Assembly (NCBI RefSeq): GCF_009914755.1
Contig: NC_060937.1
From: the human T2T-CHM13v2.0 reference genome, Homo sapiens
Reading direction: 5' to 3' (one strand)
Length of the DNA: 64,000 nucleotides
The notes under the pieces are model-generated. The model saw only the letters and a program-made list of their open reading frames with translations, did no database searches and was not told where the DNA came from. The stretch's first letter is position 1. Each line of letters starts with the position of its first letter. A program made the translations under genes and the position numbers. This document shows, piece by piece, positions 24,405 through 38,345 of the stretch.

Positions 24405-27400
24405 TCAGTGAAGTTGCCACTCCTGTGAGGTAGAAACTCACTTCTGTCTAACCGCATATAGAAATTAGTCTTTGCAAATGAACTCATATCCTCTACATTC
24501 ATGAACCTCTTATTCCAAAGCCAAATCCATATAATAAAATAACTGTTCATAAAAGAGCTTTCCAAAGTTGGAAGACATATTGTCACCGTTTCAAATGTCA
24601 TTTTCTATTTAACATGGTTAAGCTTATAACATGACATTATAGTTTTTTAACTAGTGTAATTTCAAGGTATTATAGAAATTCCCTTCTGCTCCCAAAATAA
24701 CTCCTCCTTCTTTCACACAGTTCTACATATTGATTGATGTGAGTGGGTTTTAGAGCAGGAATAATCTTCAAAAGTATCTGAATAAAAGCAAACTCTCTGT
24801 ACTAATAATAATTAAAACATTTTTTCAATGGTGTATGGAGCTTGGACATATCTGGCTCATCCAGATGAACAAAAGCATTATAAAATATGAAGCTGGTGCT
24901 AGCTCACACATGGAGGTGAGAAGCTTAGCAGGAGACTCAGGAAAATTCTCATATGCCAAGACTGTCTACACCTAAAAATAACATGCTTACATTTCTTAAG
25001 AGAAAGAATAAATATAACTTTGTCTCCATACCACAAGACAGATTGAATTTGACTAAAATGTGAAGCCATTTCTCGGTGCGACAGACAAGTCACTAAGGCA
25101 CCAAGACCAATTCCATATGCAACGAGATACATCTATGCCTGCTTCTAATCTAGAAACTATGGCTAGGCAGGGGTTCTGTTGTCAGATGCTGGCCATACTA
25201 GCAGAAGCTTTTTAAACAGATTTTTAAAAGACAAATTTACCAAGACACATACATTATCATCAATATGGATTTGGCTGATGAGGTTATACAAACCCCTAAA
25301 GTGATGTTATGAATGTGACTGTAAAGTACAGAGCAGTTGCTTCAAATGGACAAAGGGTATTCAGAGGATACTCCACATATAAGAACCTCACAAGAGGGTA
25401 TACCTGAGTACCTCTGGTTTGGCTAACCAAGCAGCTCACGTAACTGCCTATTCTAACTATTCTAATTCAAAACTGCCTACTCTAATTCAAAAATCCTTTG
25501 CTATTCCTGAAGTAAGGTGTGATATAAGTTTTTCTGATCTTTCTGCAAATAGTAATCCTTATTTCTGTCGCCTCTCTTTCTATCCACCATTGTATTTTTT
25601 TTTGTTGTTTTTGTGTACATCACTTAGTCATAGCTGTTCCATAAAGTAATGCATCTGGAACTGACAAAAAGAGTTGATACGATTTAGTAAGAGGTAGAAA
25701 TGTTGGGATGTTTTCTTTTGGGAAAAGATGAATAGGTTTTGTTTAGTTGAGAGTGCAACAAGTGAATGAGTGGCATGAATTATAGGTATAGACACTGAAA
25801 CATAAATTTTGTTGATGCTTCCCATTTGACAAACACCATTCCCTTATATAGCAGCTATAGTATTTGGGTACAATTAACCTCAAGGGCTAAGAAATTATTA
25901 TATAAATTTAATACCTGGAAAAAATGTTTTGCTTTTTCTTTTATTAAAAAATTTTAAGAGGCTTATAATAGGGAGATCACAAATATAAATTATGATGCTT
26001 CCAATTGTCAATAACACAAAACCCAGGCTCTTCTGGGTCAAAAGAAAAAGCAAGGACACTACTGGGTCACATGTCTGAAAAATAATTTCCATAAAATGCA
26101 AAGAAGTTGCGGACTTCAAGCATGTCTGGTCAAGGTTCAAGAGGCCCTGAAGGCTGTTATTCTATCTCTCAATGATTCTTCCAACTCCTAGGCTCCAAAA
26201 TTTCAGCCTTCTTTGCTTTGCTAAAGATAATGCGATCACCTTCTCCATACATGGTAATGAAACCATCATAAAGCAGACTGCCAAGAGGGCTGTTGCTTCT
26301 GCTGTTAACCAATCAAAATAAAATGTTCTCAGTTTAGGGGTTTCCTATGGTAAAATAGTGGATAATCCTAATTAAAAGTTTTGGAAATGGGTAATATGTT
26401 TTAATTTTTTAATTTTACATCCATAATTCTTGACTTCCTATTTACTTGATTAGTGAAAATAACATTGGTATTCTCTTTTACATTTCTCTTTCGGATAAGA
26501 TATCAATTCTTGATTTTCTATTTTTCGTTTTGCTTTTCACTCTTACTGCTTTCTTGAAAGTTCAGACAATATTACTCTCCCTCTGTGTGTTGTTCATTTC
26601 CAAACTATTATGGTGGTAGGGTCGACTGTTAAGTCCTCATTTGTTTCAAGTGAGCAGTCCATATTTTTAGTAACCTCCACACTGCATGGATATCATTTTA
26701 CAAATCCATCATTCATTAATGAATCAGTTATAAAATATTTATAGAGCATAAAATACATTCTAAATTCTAGTCTGAGTATATAGCATACAACATTGGCTCT
26801 TATAAAACATGGGAGTATCTCCATTAATGTGTCTTATAATTTCATCACATATGTCTTCATCTAACATAGATATTCCACTATGAAAGAACTAATAACAAAG
26901 AAGTTACTTGCTGTGTACTCACGACAACCATCACATTACTTGTTAAGATTAAATAACTAGAATGTAATTTGATATTTGTAGGGAAAAACTCAAGTATCTC
27001 CTTCAGTAATTTATACTATTACAAGTGAATGAAAGAAAGTTGAAATCAAACAGAAGGCATTATCATTGGTCTGAGTACAGATGTCTTTTTTTTTTTTCTA
27101 CCATGTTTGGCCATATTTATGCTAGTATATCAAAATAAGAATGGCAACTAATTACGAAATATATTTACAATAAAATAAAGACAATGAAACAACTATTGGT
27201 GTATTTTCAGTATATATGTACTGTACAACATTAGGCATCACACTTTAATCATATCCTTGACAAATTAAAGTATTCCTGGAAAAATACATAATAGGATTTA
27301 AAGGTTATTGTTTTTATGACTACATAAATATACTATATACTATACTATATTAATATAATTTTGAACTATTTTAGTTGTCTCTATAATTTCCTAATGTCAA

Positions 27401-27915
27401 TAAGAAGTGAAATTTATTGTCTAGAAGCACATAGAAAATTGCCTAATGAAAGCTATATTAATTCATGAATCACAAATATCTGGATTCCAAGAATTACAAA
27501 GGTTCTCTGTGTATGAGAATGGAAGAATATACAGAGAGAGAAAAACAAAGAAGGAAGAGGAGGGGAAGGAGGAGGAGGAGGAGGGGAAAGATGAAAAGAC
27601 CTACAATAAGGTGAACTCTGTATCATCAACTTTTAGGGTTTTGTTCCAAAACATTCTTTATTTGATATTTATTACATACATTTATTATATGCTTGGCATT
27701 ACTTCTGTATGGCAAATTATTCTTGTCATAGTTCTATGAGGAAACAAATACAGTAAAATAAAATAATTAATTTTATGAGAAATCATTTTTTTTTAAATGC
27801 CCATGGTATAAGAAAACCACAGGGAATGTTCAGTACCATTGAACTAGAAAGAGTTGGACATCCTAGGCAAACCGAGTGGCAAACGGAGAGAGAAACTGAT
27901 TATAAAACACTGGAA

Positions 27916-29442
27916 AAAAATGGTAGTTCTTTAAGGAATCTCCACACTGTTTTCCACAGCGGCCGTACTAGTTTACATTCCCACCAGCAGTACAGAAGTG
28001 TTCCCTGATCACCGCATCCACACCAACAACTACTATTTTTTGATTCTTTGATTATGGCCATTCTCACAGGAGTAAGGTGGTATCGCATTGTGGGTTTGAT
28101 TTTCATTTCCCTGATGATTAGTGATGTTGAGCATTTTTTCATACGTTTGTTGGACATTTGTATATCTTCTGTTGATAATTGTCTATTCATGTCCTTAGCC
28201 CACTTTTTGATGGTTTTTTTTTTTTTTTTTTTTTGTTTTTTACTGATTTGTTTGAGTTCGTTGTTGATTCTGGATATTAGCCCTTAGTCAGATGTACAGA
28301 TTATAAAGATTTTCTCCCACTCTATGGGTTGTCTGTTTACTCTTCTGACTGTTCCTTTGGCTGTGCAAAAGCTCTTAGTTTAATTAGGTCCCAGCTATTC
28401 ATCCTTGTTTTTATTGCAATTGATTTTGGGCTTTGGGTCATGAAATCCTTGCCAAAGCCAATGTCTAGAAGGGGTTTTCCAATGTTATCTTCTAGAATTT
28501 TTATAGTTTCAGGTCTTAGGTTTATGTCCTTAATCCATCTTGAGTTGATTTTTGTATAAGCTGAGAGATGAGGATCCAGTTTCATTCTCCTACATGTGGC
28601 TAGCCAATTATCCCAGCACCATTTGTTGAAAAGGGTGTCCTTTCCCCACTTTATATTTTTGTTTGCTTTGTTGAAGATCATCCCACTACTGGGTATGTAC
28701 CCAGAGGAAAATAAGTCATTATTCAAAAAAGATATTTGCACACACATGTTTACAGCAGCACAATTCATAATATAGCAGCAAAATTCATAATAGCAAAGTT
28801 GTGGAACCAACCCAAATGCCCATCAATGAGTGGATAAACTCTGATATATATATATTCCATCATATATATATTCTATCATATATATATGAATATATATATT
28901 CTATCACATATATATGAATATATATATTCTATCATATATATATGAATATATATATTCTATCACATATATATGTATATATTCTATCATACATATGAATATA
29001 TATAATATTCTATCATATATATATGAATATGTATATATTCCATCATATATGTGTATATGTAGATATAGATATATGATGGAATACTACTCAGCCATAAAAA
29101 GGAATGAATTAACAGCATTTGCAATGACCTAGATGAGATTTGAGACTATTATTCTGAGTGAAGTAACTCAGCAATGGAAAACCAAACATTCATGTTCTCA
29201 CTGATATGTGGGAGCTAAGCTATGGGGATGGAAAGGCCTAAGAATGATACAACGGACTTTGGAGACTTGGGGGGAGGATGGGAGACGGAGAGGGATAAAA
29301 GACAAGAAATATGGTACAGTGTATACTGCCTGGGTGATGGGTGCACCAAGTTCTCACAAATCACCACTAACGAACTTACTCATGTAACCAAATACCACCT
29401 GTACCCCAATCACTTATGGAAAAATAAAATTAAAAAAAAATA
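27916..29442 (+). mobile_element. L1PB1-like element with a 5' inversion (minus ~27916-28679, plus ~28680-29442)
   Basis: Minus-strand ORF2 peptides (27900-28190, 28337-28810) abut sense ATCCCACTACTGGGTAT. L1PB-type 3'UTR AAATCACCACTAACGAACTTACTCATGTAACC. TSD-like TAAAACACTGGAA/TAAGACACTGGAA. Confidence 0.92.
28843..29072. repeat. AT-rich minisatellite (~28-bp unit TATATATATTCTATCATATATATATGAA) inside the L1PB
   Basis: About 7 degenerate tandem units are visible. Confidence 0.9.
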
Positions 29443-29452
29443 AGACACTGGA

Positions 29453-29728
29453 AGCAAAACTACCTTACAGAAGCTGTGACCTTTGGCTGATGGGTGAAAC
29501 TGATGGTGCCCTGATAGGGAGTTAACTGAAGAAGTAAATGACATCACTTAACTGTCTTTCCCCCTTTCTATTGTTTACCTCTGGCTGAACCCCAACCATT
29601 TAGAATCCCAAAAGGCAAAGGACCCATTAATATAATCCATTAGAGTCAGGCTACCCGGGAACAGAGGAGGGCAGTGGAGAATAAAGAGCACCTCTGAAGA
29701 GGGAGATGCTTGATATTTAGCCCATAGG
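29453..29728 (-). mobile_element. LTR33-like ERVL LTR fragment, probably continuing at ~27845-27915 (host of the L1PB)
   Basis: GGCAAAGGACCCATTAATATAATCCATTAGAGTCAGGCTACCCGGGAACAGAGGAGGG resembles LTR33 as I recall it. Confidence 0.55.
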
Positions 29729-31389
29729 AGAAACTGAAAAATACAGATACATGTTAAAAAAATTTTTTTTTTGTAAATCTTGTGCAACTTAGAGAGCTAT
29801 GTTTTTCATTGTTCATAATTATATACACTGAACTTATAGCATAGTGCCTAGTAAATTGTAGCAACACAATGCAAATTTGTAAATAAAAATATGTATGAAT
29901 AAGGAAGCATTGACAATAATTCTTAAATTATTTAAAAGTGGAATAAAGAGTACTCTTGTTTTACTTTGCTCCAGAGAATTAGAATTATGACCAGAGGATT
30001 ATACATAAAAGGAGGCTAAACAAATGGAATACATTGTTTTAAAAAACTAGAAATTGTCTGCTAAATAATAAAATGCCATATTAGTGCTGAGCTTTCTGCG
30101 CAATGGACTCATTCCAGTAGAGATATGGTCTTTTAGAAAGGATAGAGTAGAATGAATACAGGCATTGAATAGGTTCTTGGACTGGCTGAACACTAATATC
30201 TCTACCACTTCTAAGAGCCTTCAGTTATGGAGCTCACAGGATAAATTTATTTCAGTCTTAGAATCAGGAGAGCTGTGCTTTTTCTTGAGGAACCATTTGT
30301 TGTTAGCCCCTTAGGATATTCTATATCTCTGCAAGGATCTTTGCTTTGAAAGTTAGAAATTTTAGACTCAAATTTGTTGTCCATTTTAGCAGATATGTAG
30401 AATGTTCTATAACTGTAGGATTTGCATATTATCACTACCTCTGGCTTTATCTTATTTTTCTTATGTGCACCATATATCTAATCTATTTTTTAATATTGTT
30501 GGTTATTTTCTGATGCATTTATATGCCTTTGCGGGAAAGAAAGGATATAAACAAAGTCCATAATTCTGTTGTTTTAAAATTCTTAATAAATTCAAAGAGA
30601 AAAACATATGTGGCTGAAAATGTATTTAAATTCTCTTACAAAACACATATTACAGGGATGTGTTTGCACTGTAAATTTTATCTCACCCCTTCACCCTTCA
30701 GGAGGTAGATTTCTAATTTGCCCAAAAGGGGCTGATGAATGTACAATCTTATAAAATAAAATTTCTACAAAAAAAAGAATTTTAGCTAACTTCTCTCCTT
30801 AAGTTTGAAATTATAAAAATATTTCTGATATTTGAGATAACCTTAGCATGGATTTGAGTACAGAAAAAATATCAATAAATTTCTAGGAATAATTAATTCA
30901 AGTAAATAGATGACCAGGTTCGATGCCAGAACTGAATCCACCATGGTGTCAGGGATGTGTTCGTGTTATGTGGATGCAGTGGGAAACCTCTCTGCAATCA
31001 ACAACTTTAGAACTAGAAGTATGCACTAAAATTAAAGACTGGGTGTGAATGAAAAAAATGCACAAGAAAAATAGTTGGAGAGAAAGATAAAATGGTGCAA
31101 GTTAGGCACATCTATGCATAAGAGGAGTCTTCCCTTGCTTTTCCTGGACCTCACTCCAACATACAGGCACAGACACCAGGGGACCTTCATCATGAGAGAA
31201 AAAGAGCCACCGCCACTTTCAAAGGGAACTTTTTTTTGGCAGTAAACACCAATGTATTTCTCTGTTTGATGCTTATAACTAGGATAGACCTTGCCAACAA
31301 TGTTTTGAAAGTAATTATAATTCATGAAAATATTTGTATGTGTATGTGTCTGTTGCTAGTTGAAATATATTAAGAAAATTTATATTAAT

Positions 31390-32530
31390 TGTAGAAGAAG
31401 AAAGATGTTTTTCCTCACCCATTGCAATGTTCATGGTTGAGGCTCTTATAACAAAAGACAGATTAATAAGAGAAAAGCATACAAAAGCATTTAATATAAG
31501 GTTTGTATGACACAGGAGCTTTCATAAGGAAATAAAGACTCAATGAAACAGGAAAATGTGTGTAATTTTATGCCTAGGTTTGATGAAGAATGGACAGTCA
31601 TGTGGAAGCGTGATTGGACAAAGGAGGCATGATGTTATGATAACACACTAATGGGAATTAGCAAGTTCTGTTTGTTCAGAGTTTTCTGTGTACCTGTGTC
31701 TGCAGGGATCAGGATGTGGCTTTCCTCTGGGTATGGTGAGTGCACTGTTCGAAGGAGGGTGTTGAAACTGCTCTGCTGTCTGGGGTATATATCCTGGGGT
31801 TCGTTGTAACGTGCCAAGAAAGAATTCAGGACATGGACACATGTAGGTGGGTTAAGGAGTGGAAAGTTTAATAGAAGAAAGGACAGAGGAAAGCAGCTCC
31901 TTGCAAGAGAGGAATGTCCAAAAAGGTGGGAGGCGGGAGACGGCAGCAGATTTTATAGGCAGGTTGGAGAAAGCAGTGTCTGATTTACGTAGGGCTCACA
32001 GATTGGTTCAATCAGGTATGACATCTACATAGTTCTTGGGGAAGCCTGGTCGCCCACCCTAATCTTATTATGCAATGGGCTTTCCAGTTGATCAGTGCCA
32101 TCTTGTCTGCTTCTTACTGTACACGTGGCTGACAAAGAGAAGGGAAGATGGAGCTGCCATCTTGAACATGATTTGTTGAACATGATTGGCACAACTGCCG
32201 GTATCTATGTCTGCAGCTCAATTTTACAGGCTGCTCTTTGTTAGAAAGAAAAATAATTTGGGACTGCTTTTCATTAAAAAGAAAAGCCTTACCAAGGATT
32301 CCCATGCCCTTGCTATTTGCCTAAGTTATTCCTTCTTAACTCCTATATCATTGTTATGATCTGTTTCAAAGGAGAAGGGTGAGAGAAAGTCAGAGAATGA
32401 CCTTCTCACATTTTATTATCTGCTTCAGGAGAGAAAGGATAAACAGAAGGTGAGAGCCACCTTCTGGCTTCTGCAGCTTTCTCACATGCCAATGTGCCAT
32501 ATTTTGGGGTAGTGTGTCCTGAACTCCATC
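31390..32530 (-). mobile_element. ERV1 solo LTR (MER34/MER39-like), split by a younger LTR
   Basis: TAACAAAAGACAGATTAATAAGAGAAAAGCATAC in the left part. Right end reverse-complements to TGATGGAGTTCAGGACACACTACCCCAAAATATGGCAC. Confidence 0.7.
31763..32350 (-). mobile_element. ERV1 solo LTR (LTR9/MER61-like), nested
   Basis: TG...CA termini. Minus strand starts TGATATAGGAGTTAAGAAGGAATAACTTAGGC. 4-bp flanks GTGT/TTGT. Confidence 0.8.
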
Positions 32531-33173
32531 ACCGATTAAACTAAACTTAACATGCATATTTAGTTTCTAGTAATGAAAATAATTTTCATTTGTATTGGCA
32601 TTATTTGATGCTCAAAAAACCATGTGAAATAAAAACAAAATACTTTAATCTCATTTGACAATCAAGCTTAGTGGGTTTATGTGACCTAAAGATATTACTT
32701 AGTATTAAACGAAATTAGAGTTGTCATCTAAGCCTAGATTTTGCCCAACAATTTTCACATTAACAAAATGGGACTTCCAATCATGACTTATTTTACACCA
32801 ATAAATAATGATACTAAGAGTTAACTAATACTATATTGTAGAATAATGTAAAATAAGAAACATCGTGCTGCTTTTATGGATGAACATGAATTTTTATAAA
32901 TAAAGAAACATGTACATGTAAAAATATTCTCCTGAAAATATGTATGGCTAAAACAGAGGCTGAACAATTATCTATTTCGTCGAAGCCTGTCATTTTTAAG
33001 AATTCCAGTCCCACTGAAAGTGGGTGCTGAAATTTTTGTAAGCATCTATGTTCTAATCACATTTCATGGGGTAAATTGTTGTTTTAATCCAAAATACTTG
33101 TGGAAAACCTTTTGGGAATTCCATTTTGGAAAATGCAAACACTTTTTTACATTCTTACATGATTTTACTACAG

Positions 33174-33398
33174 GGCTCATTGCAGTCTCGGTTTCCTAGG
33201 CTCAAGGTATCCTCTTGCCTCAGTCTCTTGGACAGCTGGAACTACAAGCACGTGCCACCATGCCTAGCTAAATTTTTGAATTTTTGTCGAGACAAGGTCT
33301 CACTTTGTTACCCAGGCTGGTATCCTGGAGTCAAGCAGTGCTCCCAATTTAGCCTCCCAAAGTGCTGGGATTACAGGCTTGAGCCACTATGCCTGGAC
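33174..33398 (-). mobile_element. AluJ fragment
   Basis: Diverged antisense Alu with J-type GGCTCAAG/AGTCAAGCAGT sequence. Confidence 0.85.
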
Positions 33399-34305
33399 TG
33401 AATGTATATTCAAAAAGGGAGCACATGGCCAAAACTTTGAAACTCATGCAGTGTAAATTTGAAAGCTAAAATCATAGTTTTTAATACATAACAGAACTGT
33501 GAGAAAATTTAAAAGGTTTGGTCAAAATTATTGCATAATTGGCACCAAATACCTAGATAATTATAGTCAAAATTTCCTTAGTACAACACTCCTAAAAGCT
33601 AGCTCTTTATAGAGCATAAAAATTTTGTAGAAATCATTTTAGTATATAGCAAAAATAATTTTGTATTTTTAAAAAATGTTAGTTATACTTTATATCTCTC
33701 TCCATCTATGAAATAAGTAAAACTATAAATGTTATAGTTGAGGTAAGCCAAACTTAAACAACTTATCAATTCAGCCAGTCACCAGGAAAAAACTCTTTGG
33801 ACACCAATCATCTAGCAAAATGTTGGTGATAAGTAAATGTGTTGAGTTCAGCTGAATAGTGATAACTTGTTATAACTATATTGAATTGATGATATATTAA
33901 GTATGGGTTTACTACAATCTAACATAAATGAACCTCCAGCCTACTGCCCCTTCAGTCAAATAATAAAAGGATAAGGCAAAAAAATTAAATGCATACACAC
34001 TCACACAGACATACACAGACCCATGGGCAATTCACTCATATGTATTACTGGGATAGAGCTCATTAAAATGGTCTCACATAGCTAAATGTAATAATACAAG
34101 AAAGACTATCTAATATCAAATTCAGTATTCCTAGATGTGAATATTTTCAGAAATACCAGATAGGTTAATTTAGGGGAAAAAATGAAGAGGGGAGTGAGGA
34201 GGTTGATTGATTTGGCTGAGCATTTGCTCTTATTCTGATCTACTATTAGCCAAGAAGCTTTGGTTAGACAATTTTCACTTTTAGCATGAGATGTGAAGAG
34301 CATAC

Positions 34306-34633
<328 letters not shown>

Positions 34634-36737
34634 TGATTGAATTTTAGGATTTATATCCATTAGAATTTTTCAACATGAGATATTCAAAATAATGTCTTTA
34701 AAATGTTTTTAAAAGATAAATCAAAATAAACAACTTTTAAAAGTTAGTTTATGAAATTTGACAGTTTCCTCTAAAATTTTTTCTTTTTTCCTTAAATATT
34801 AGTAATTTGTATTCAAGCTAAATTTTATTTTAAGGTTTTGACTGAGTTTTAAATTAATAGCTTATTATTAATTAAAAGATCATGTATCAAAAGGTTTTCT
34901 TTTTTTTGGTATCACTTCACAGTTTACTCACTAAGTCTCACCCAGTGAGTCTCATCTTTCTTCAGTGGTCTTAACAATTTTGGCCTTGAGTTAATTAATT
35001 CAAAGTCTCCAGGAATGAAAGAAAGAACAAACTAGGTTCAGCCACCTCATTTTCCATTGATGGTAAAAGAACTTTAGCAATGCAAGGTTCTAATCATAAG
35101 GCTTAAAACAAAACTGGGTTGCTGCATTATCTTCCAATAACTTAAACATACTAAATATGCAATATGTTTCCTGAAAAAAAAAATTCAAGTCACATTTACA
35201 TCTAAGTGTGTTTCATTTTATAAGCACAGATTGATTATTATTCTGATATCTTTTCATCCAGTTAAATGTTTAAAAATTAAGGACCATGCCTTATCAATCA
35301 ATGCATCTTTTAAGTCACGGTCACAGCCTGAAGTTTTTATTTCCAGTTTCTCAGCTAAAGGAATAGAGTTCAGCAGTGCATTTAATTGGAATTTAGACAT
35401 CCTAACATTTTATTTCCCATCAGAATGGTTTCAATTTCTAACAAATGGTCTGCTGTATTAAAGTAATCATCAATATAGGAAGTGTTAGTTTAAGAAAAAG
35501 ATACTAGGTAAGTGAAGAATTTTAAATTACTAAGAGACGTATTTACACTTGAGATTTCCATGCCTTTGAAATGTTTAAAACCACTAGCCCTAGGAGATGT
35601 ACTATGCACCAGTGAGAACAGTTTAGGAAGATTACGTTAGAAACTGCTTGCATTTCTCATTGAAGCAAAGTTAAATCCATGTGTTCATTACAGTCAAAAA
35701 AAGAAAATACGCAAAACTTTTTAATAGTGTCTAGTATAAATACTAAAGATTAATTTATTTCATTGCTGAGAGCAAGTCTTAATTCTTCAATTGGTTAAAA
35801 GTAAAATTACTAAAATTATCCTAAGAACTTGTGGTGAAAACAGAAACCTCTTTCTTTTAGTCATGTGGCACGCACACATACACACATAACACATACTTAT
35901 ATTTCTATATTCAGGCAGTTGTAAAAGACAGGATGGGTCTGATCTGTTTGTTAAATGGCATAAAAAGTGTTGGAAGGATGGATCCAGTGTGAAGTGGCAA
36001 GGGTCAGGCAGATAATGAAATACTGTCCATGATAACTCTATAAATGGGGCATGAGAAAAAATAACTGTCTAAATTGTTATTTATTCTATCATTAGCACTA
36101 GTCTACAATCAGCAACCAAAGAACATGTGGTTTCAATCACATGAATATTCAATACTAGCAAGACATTTAGACAGAAATTCTAATTTATTCCTAATTTTGT
36201 AAAGTGTTAAACAATTTTCCATTAAGAGATATGTCCACCGACACCAGTATTTCACTTAGTGAATTGGGATGGGATAAGGTTCTACTTCTAAGCCGTCCTC
36301 CACAGTACTGAGTTTTCTTCCACTGTTCCATCCTTAAGGCAATGGCAGAATACATGATGAGTAAGAGAGGAGAATGCATGTATGCTAGATTCTTTTGACA
36401 ATACATTTGGATAAAGAACTTCAATCCAAAGTAGTATAAGCATACTCAGGTTATCTCTGAGATTACTATTTTCAAAGTATAATTGAGAGTAAGTAACTCT
36501 CAAGAAGAAAGATAGTAATTAGTATTTATCCTATGAACAGGATAAAGAAAAATAAGTTGTAATTCTCTTAAAGTATAAAAAACTATTTAATTTAAATATT
36601 CCAAATTAATTGAAGAAAACAAAATATTATACAACTAGCTAGTAAAAGAAATCTTAATTTGATTAAGTATTGATACACAAAGCATTGTGATTAATATCAG
36701 ACTTAATATCTTTGAAGTTAAATAATATAAATACTGA

Positions 36738-37590
36738 ATTTGCTGTATGCCAGAGGTTCTGGTATGTTATGTTTTCATCTTCATTAATTATTTTTTAAAT
36801 TTCTGTCTTAATTTTGTTGTTGACTAAAAGACAGTACAGGAGTATCTTGTTTAAACTATATATATTTGTATAGTTTCAAGAGTTCCTCTTGAAATTGATT
36901 TCTAGTTTTATTTTGCTGTTGTCTGATGAAATACTTGGTTTGATTTTGAGTTTTTAAAATTTATTGAGACTTGTTTTGTAGCCTAACAGATGGTCTATCT
37001 TGGAGTATGTAATTAGTGCAACCTCTCTGGAAAACAGTATGAAAATTTCTCAAAGAATTAAAAACAGATCTACCATTCGAACCAGCAATGCTGTTACTGG
37101 GTAACTATCCAAAGGAAAATAAATTATTATGTCAAAAAGATAGCTGTATAGTATTAAAAAGATACTTGTATAGTATCAAAAGATAGTATGTTTATATTAG
37201 CACTATTTATAGTACCAATAGTATGGACTAAAACAAAGTGTTCATCACTGGAAGACTGGATAAAGAATAATTGATATATACATATGTAACAGAATAGTAC
37301 TAAGACATAAACAAGAATAAAATCATGTCTTTTGCAGTAACATGGATGGAACAGGAGGTCAATTATCTTAAGTGAAATAACTCAGAAACAGTCAAATACT
37401 GCATCTTCTTACTTATAAGTGAGAGCTAAATAATATGTACACATGGACATAGAGTGTAGAATACTATACATTGGAGACTTGGAAGTGTGAGAGAGTGGGA
37501 GAAGGGTGAGGGATGAGAAATTTAGGGATACAATGTACACTATTCACATATTCATGTCACAAAACTGCACTTGGGCCCCCTACATTTATA
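36738..37590 (+). mobile_element. L1PB4-like element: minus-strand 5'-ORF2 piece (~36738-37009) joined to a plus-strand 3' end (~37010-37590)
   Basis: Antisense ORF2 TTTATTGAGACTTGTTTTGTAGCCTAAC abuts sense AATTAGTGCAACCTCTCTGGAAAACAG. 3'UTR GGGTGAGGGATGAGAAAT...CAAAACTGCACTTG. Confidence 0.8.
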
Positions 37591-37974
37591 ATTTATTATA
37601 TTAATTATAATTAATTAATTACTTCTGTAATTACTTCAGAATTACAGAAGTTTCTATTTAATATTATGAAGTTTCTATTACAGAAGTTTCTATTTAATAT
37701 TATGCTGAAAGATAAAAGCAAAACCATTAGTACCTTACCAGTATACTATTAACTACTTAAAAAAATCTAACAGAAAAAAATACAGTGAACAAAATATATA
37801 CTCACAGTCATAATGTTTATAAGATTTCAAGGGATAATTTTTATAAGATTTGTACTAGAACATACAGAAAAGCATAAATGTTACTAAAGAACAACATAAG
37901 ACATTCATGAAAATTTGCACTGAATATTGTACAGATGACAATTATCTCTACCAGTTAAAACTGGATTTGATGCC

Positions 37975-38345
37975 TGTATTAGTCCATTGTCACACTACTA
38001 ATAAAGATATTCCTGAGACTGGAGAGTTTATAAAGGAAAGAGATGTAATTGACTCACAGTTCAGCATGACTAGGGAGGCCTCGGGAAATTTACAATCATG
38101 GCAGAAGGGGAAGCAAACATGTCCTTTTTCACATGGTGTCCGGAAGGAGAGGAATGTGAACCAAGTGAAGGAGGAACCCCTTATAAAACCATCAGATCTC
38201 ATGAGAACTTACTATCACAAGAAGAGCATGAGGGTAACTGCTTCCATAATTCAATTACCTCCCACTTGGTCCCTCCCATGACACATAGGGATTATGGGAA
38301 CTACAATTCAAGATGAGAGTTTGGTTGGGACATAGCCAAACCGAT
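37975..38345 (-). mobile_element. THE1C/D-like MaLR solo LTR
   Basis: TGTATTAGTCCATTGTCACACT...GAAGCAAACATGTCC...GGGGACATAGCCAAACC. Confidence 0.9.

Noticed and set aside
27446-27739. 97-aa ORF with an E/K-rich tract
   Set aside because: It comes from a low-complexity GAG/GAA repeat plus MIR-like sequence and shows no recognisable homology.
36226-36366. AG...GTAAGA-bounded unique segment as a coding exon
   Set aside because: The frames I translated hit stops, the peptide is unrecognisable and the polypyrimidine tract is weak.
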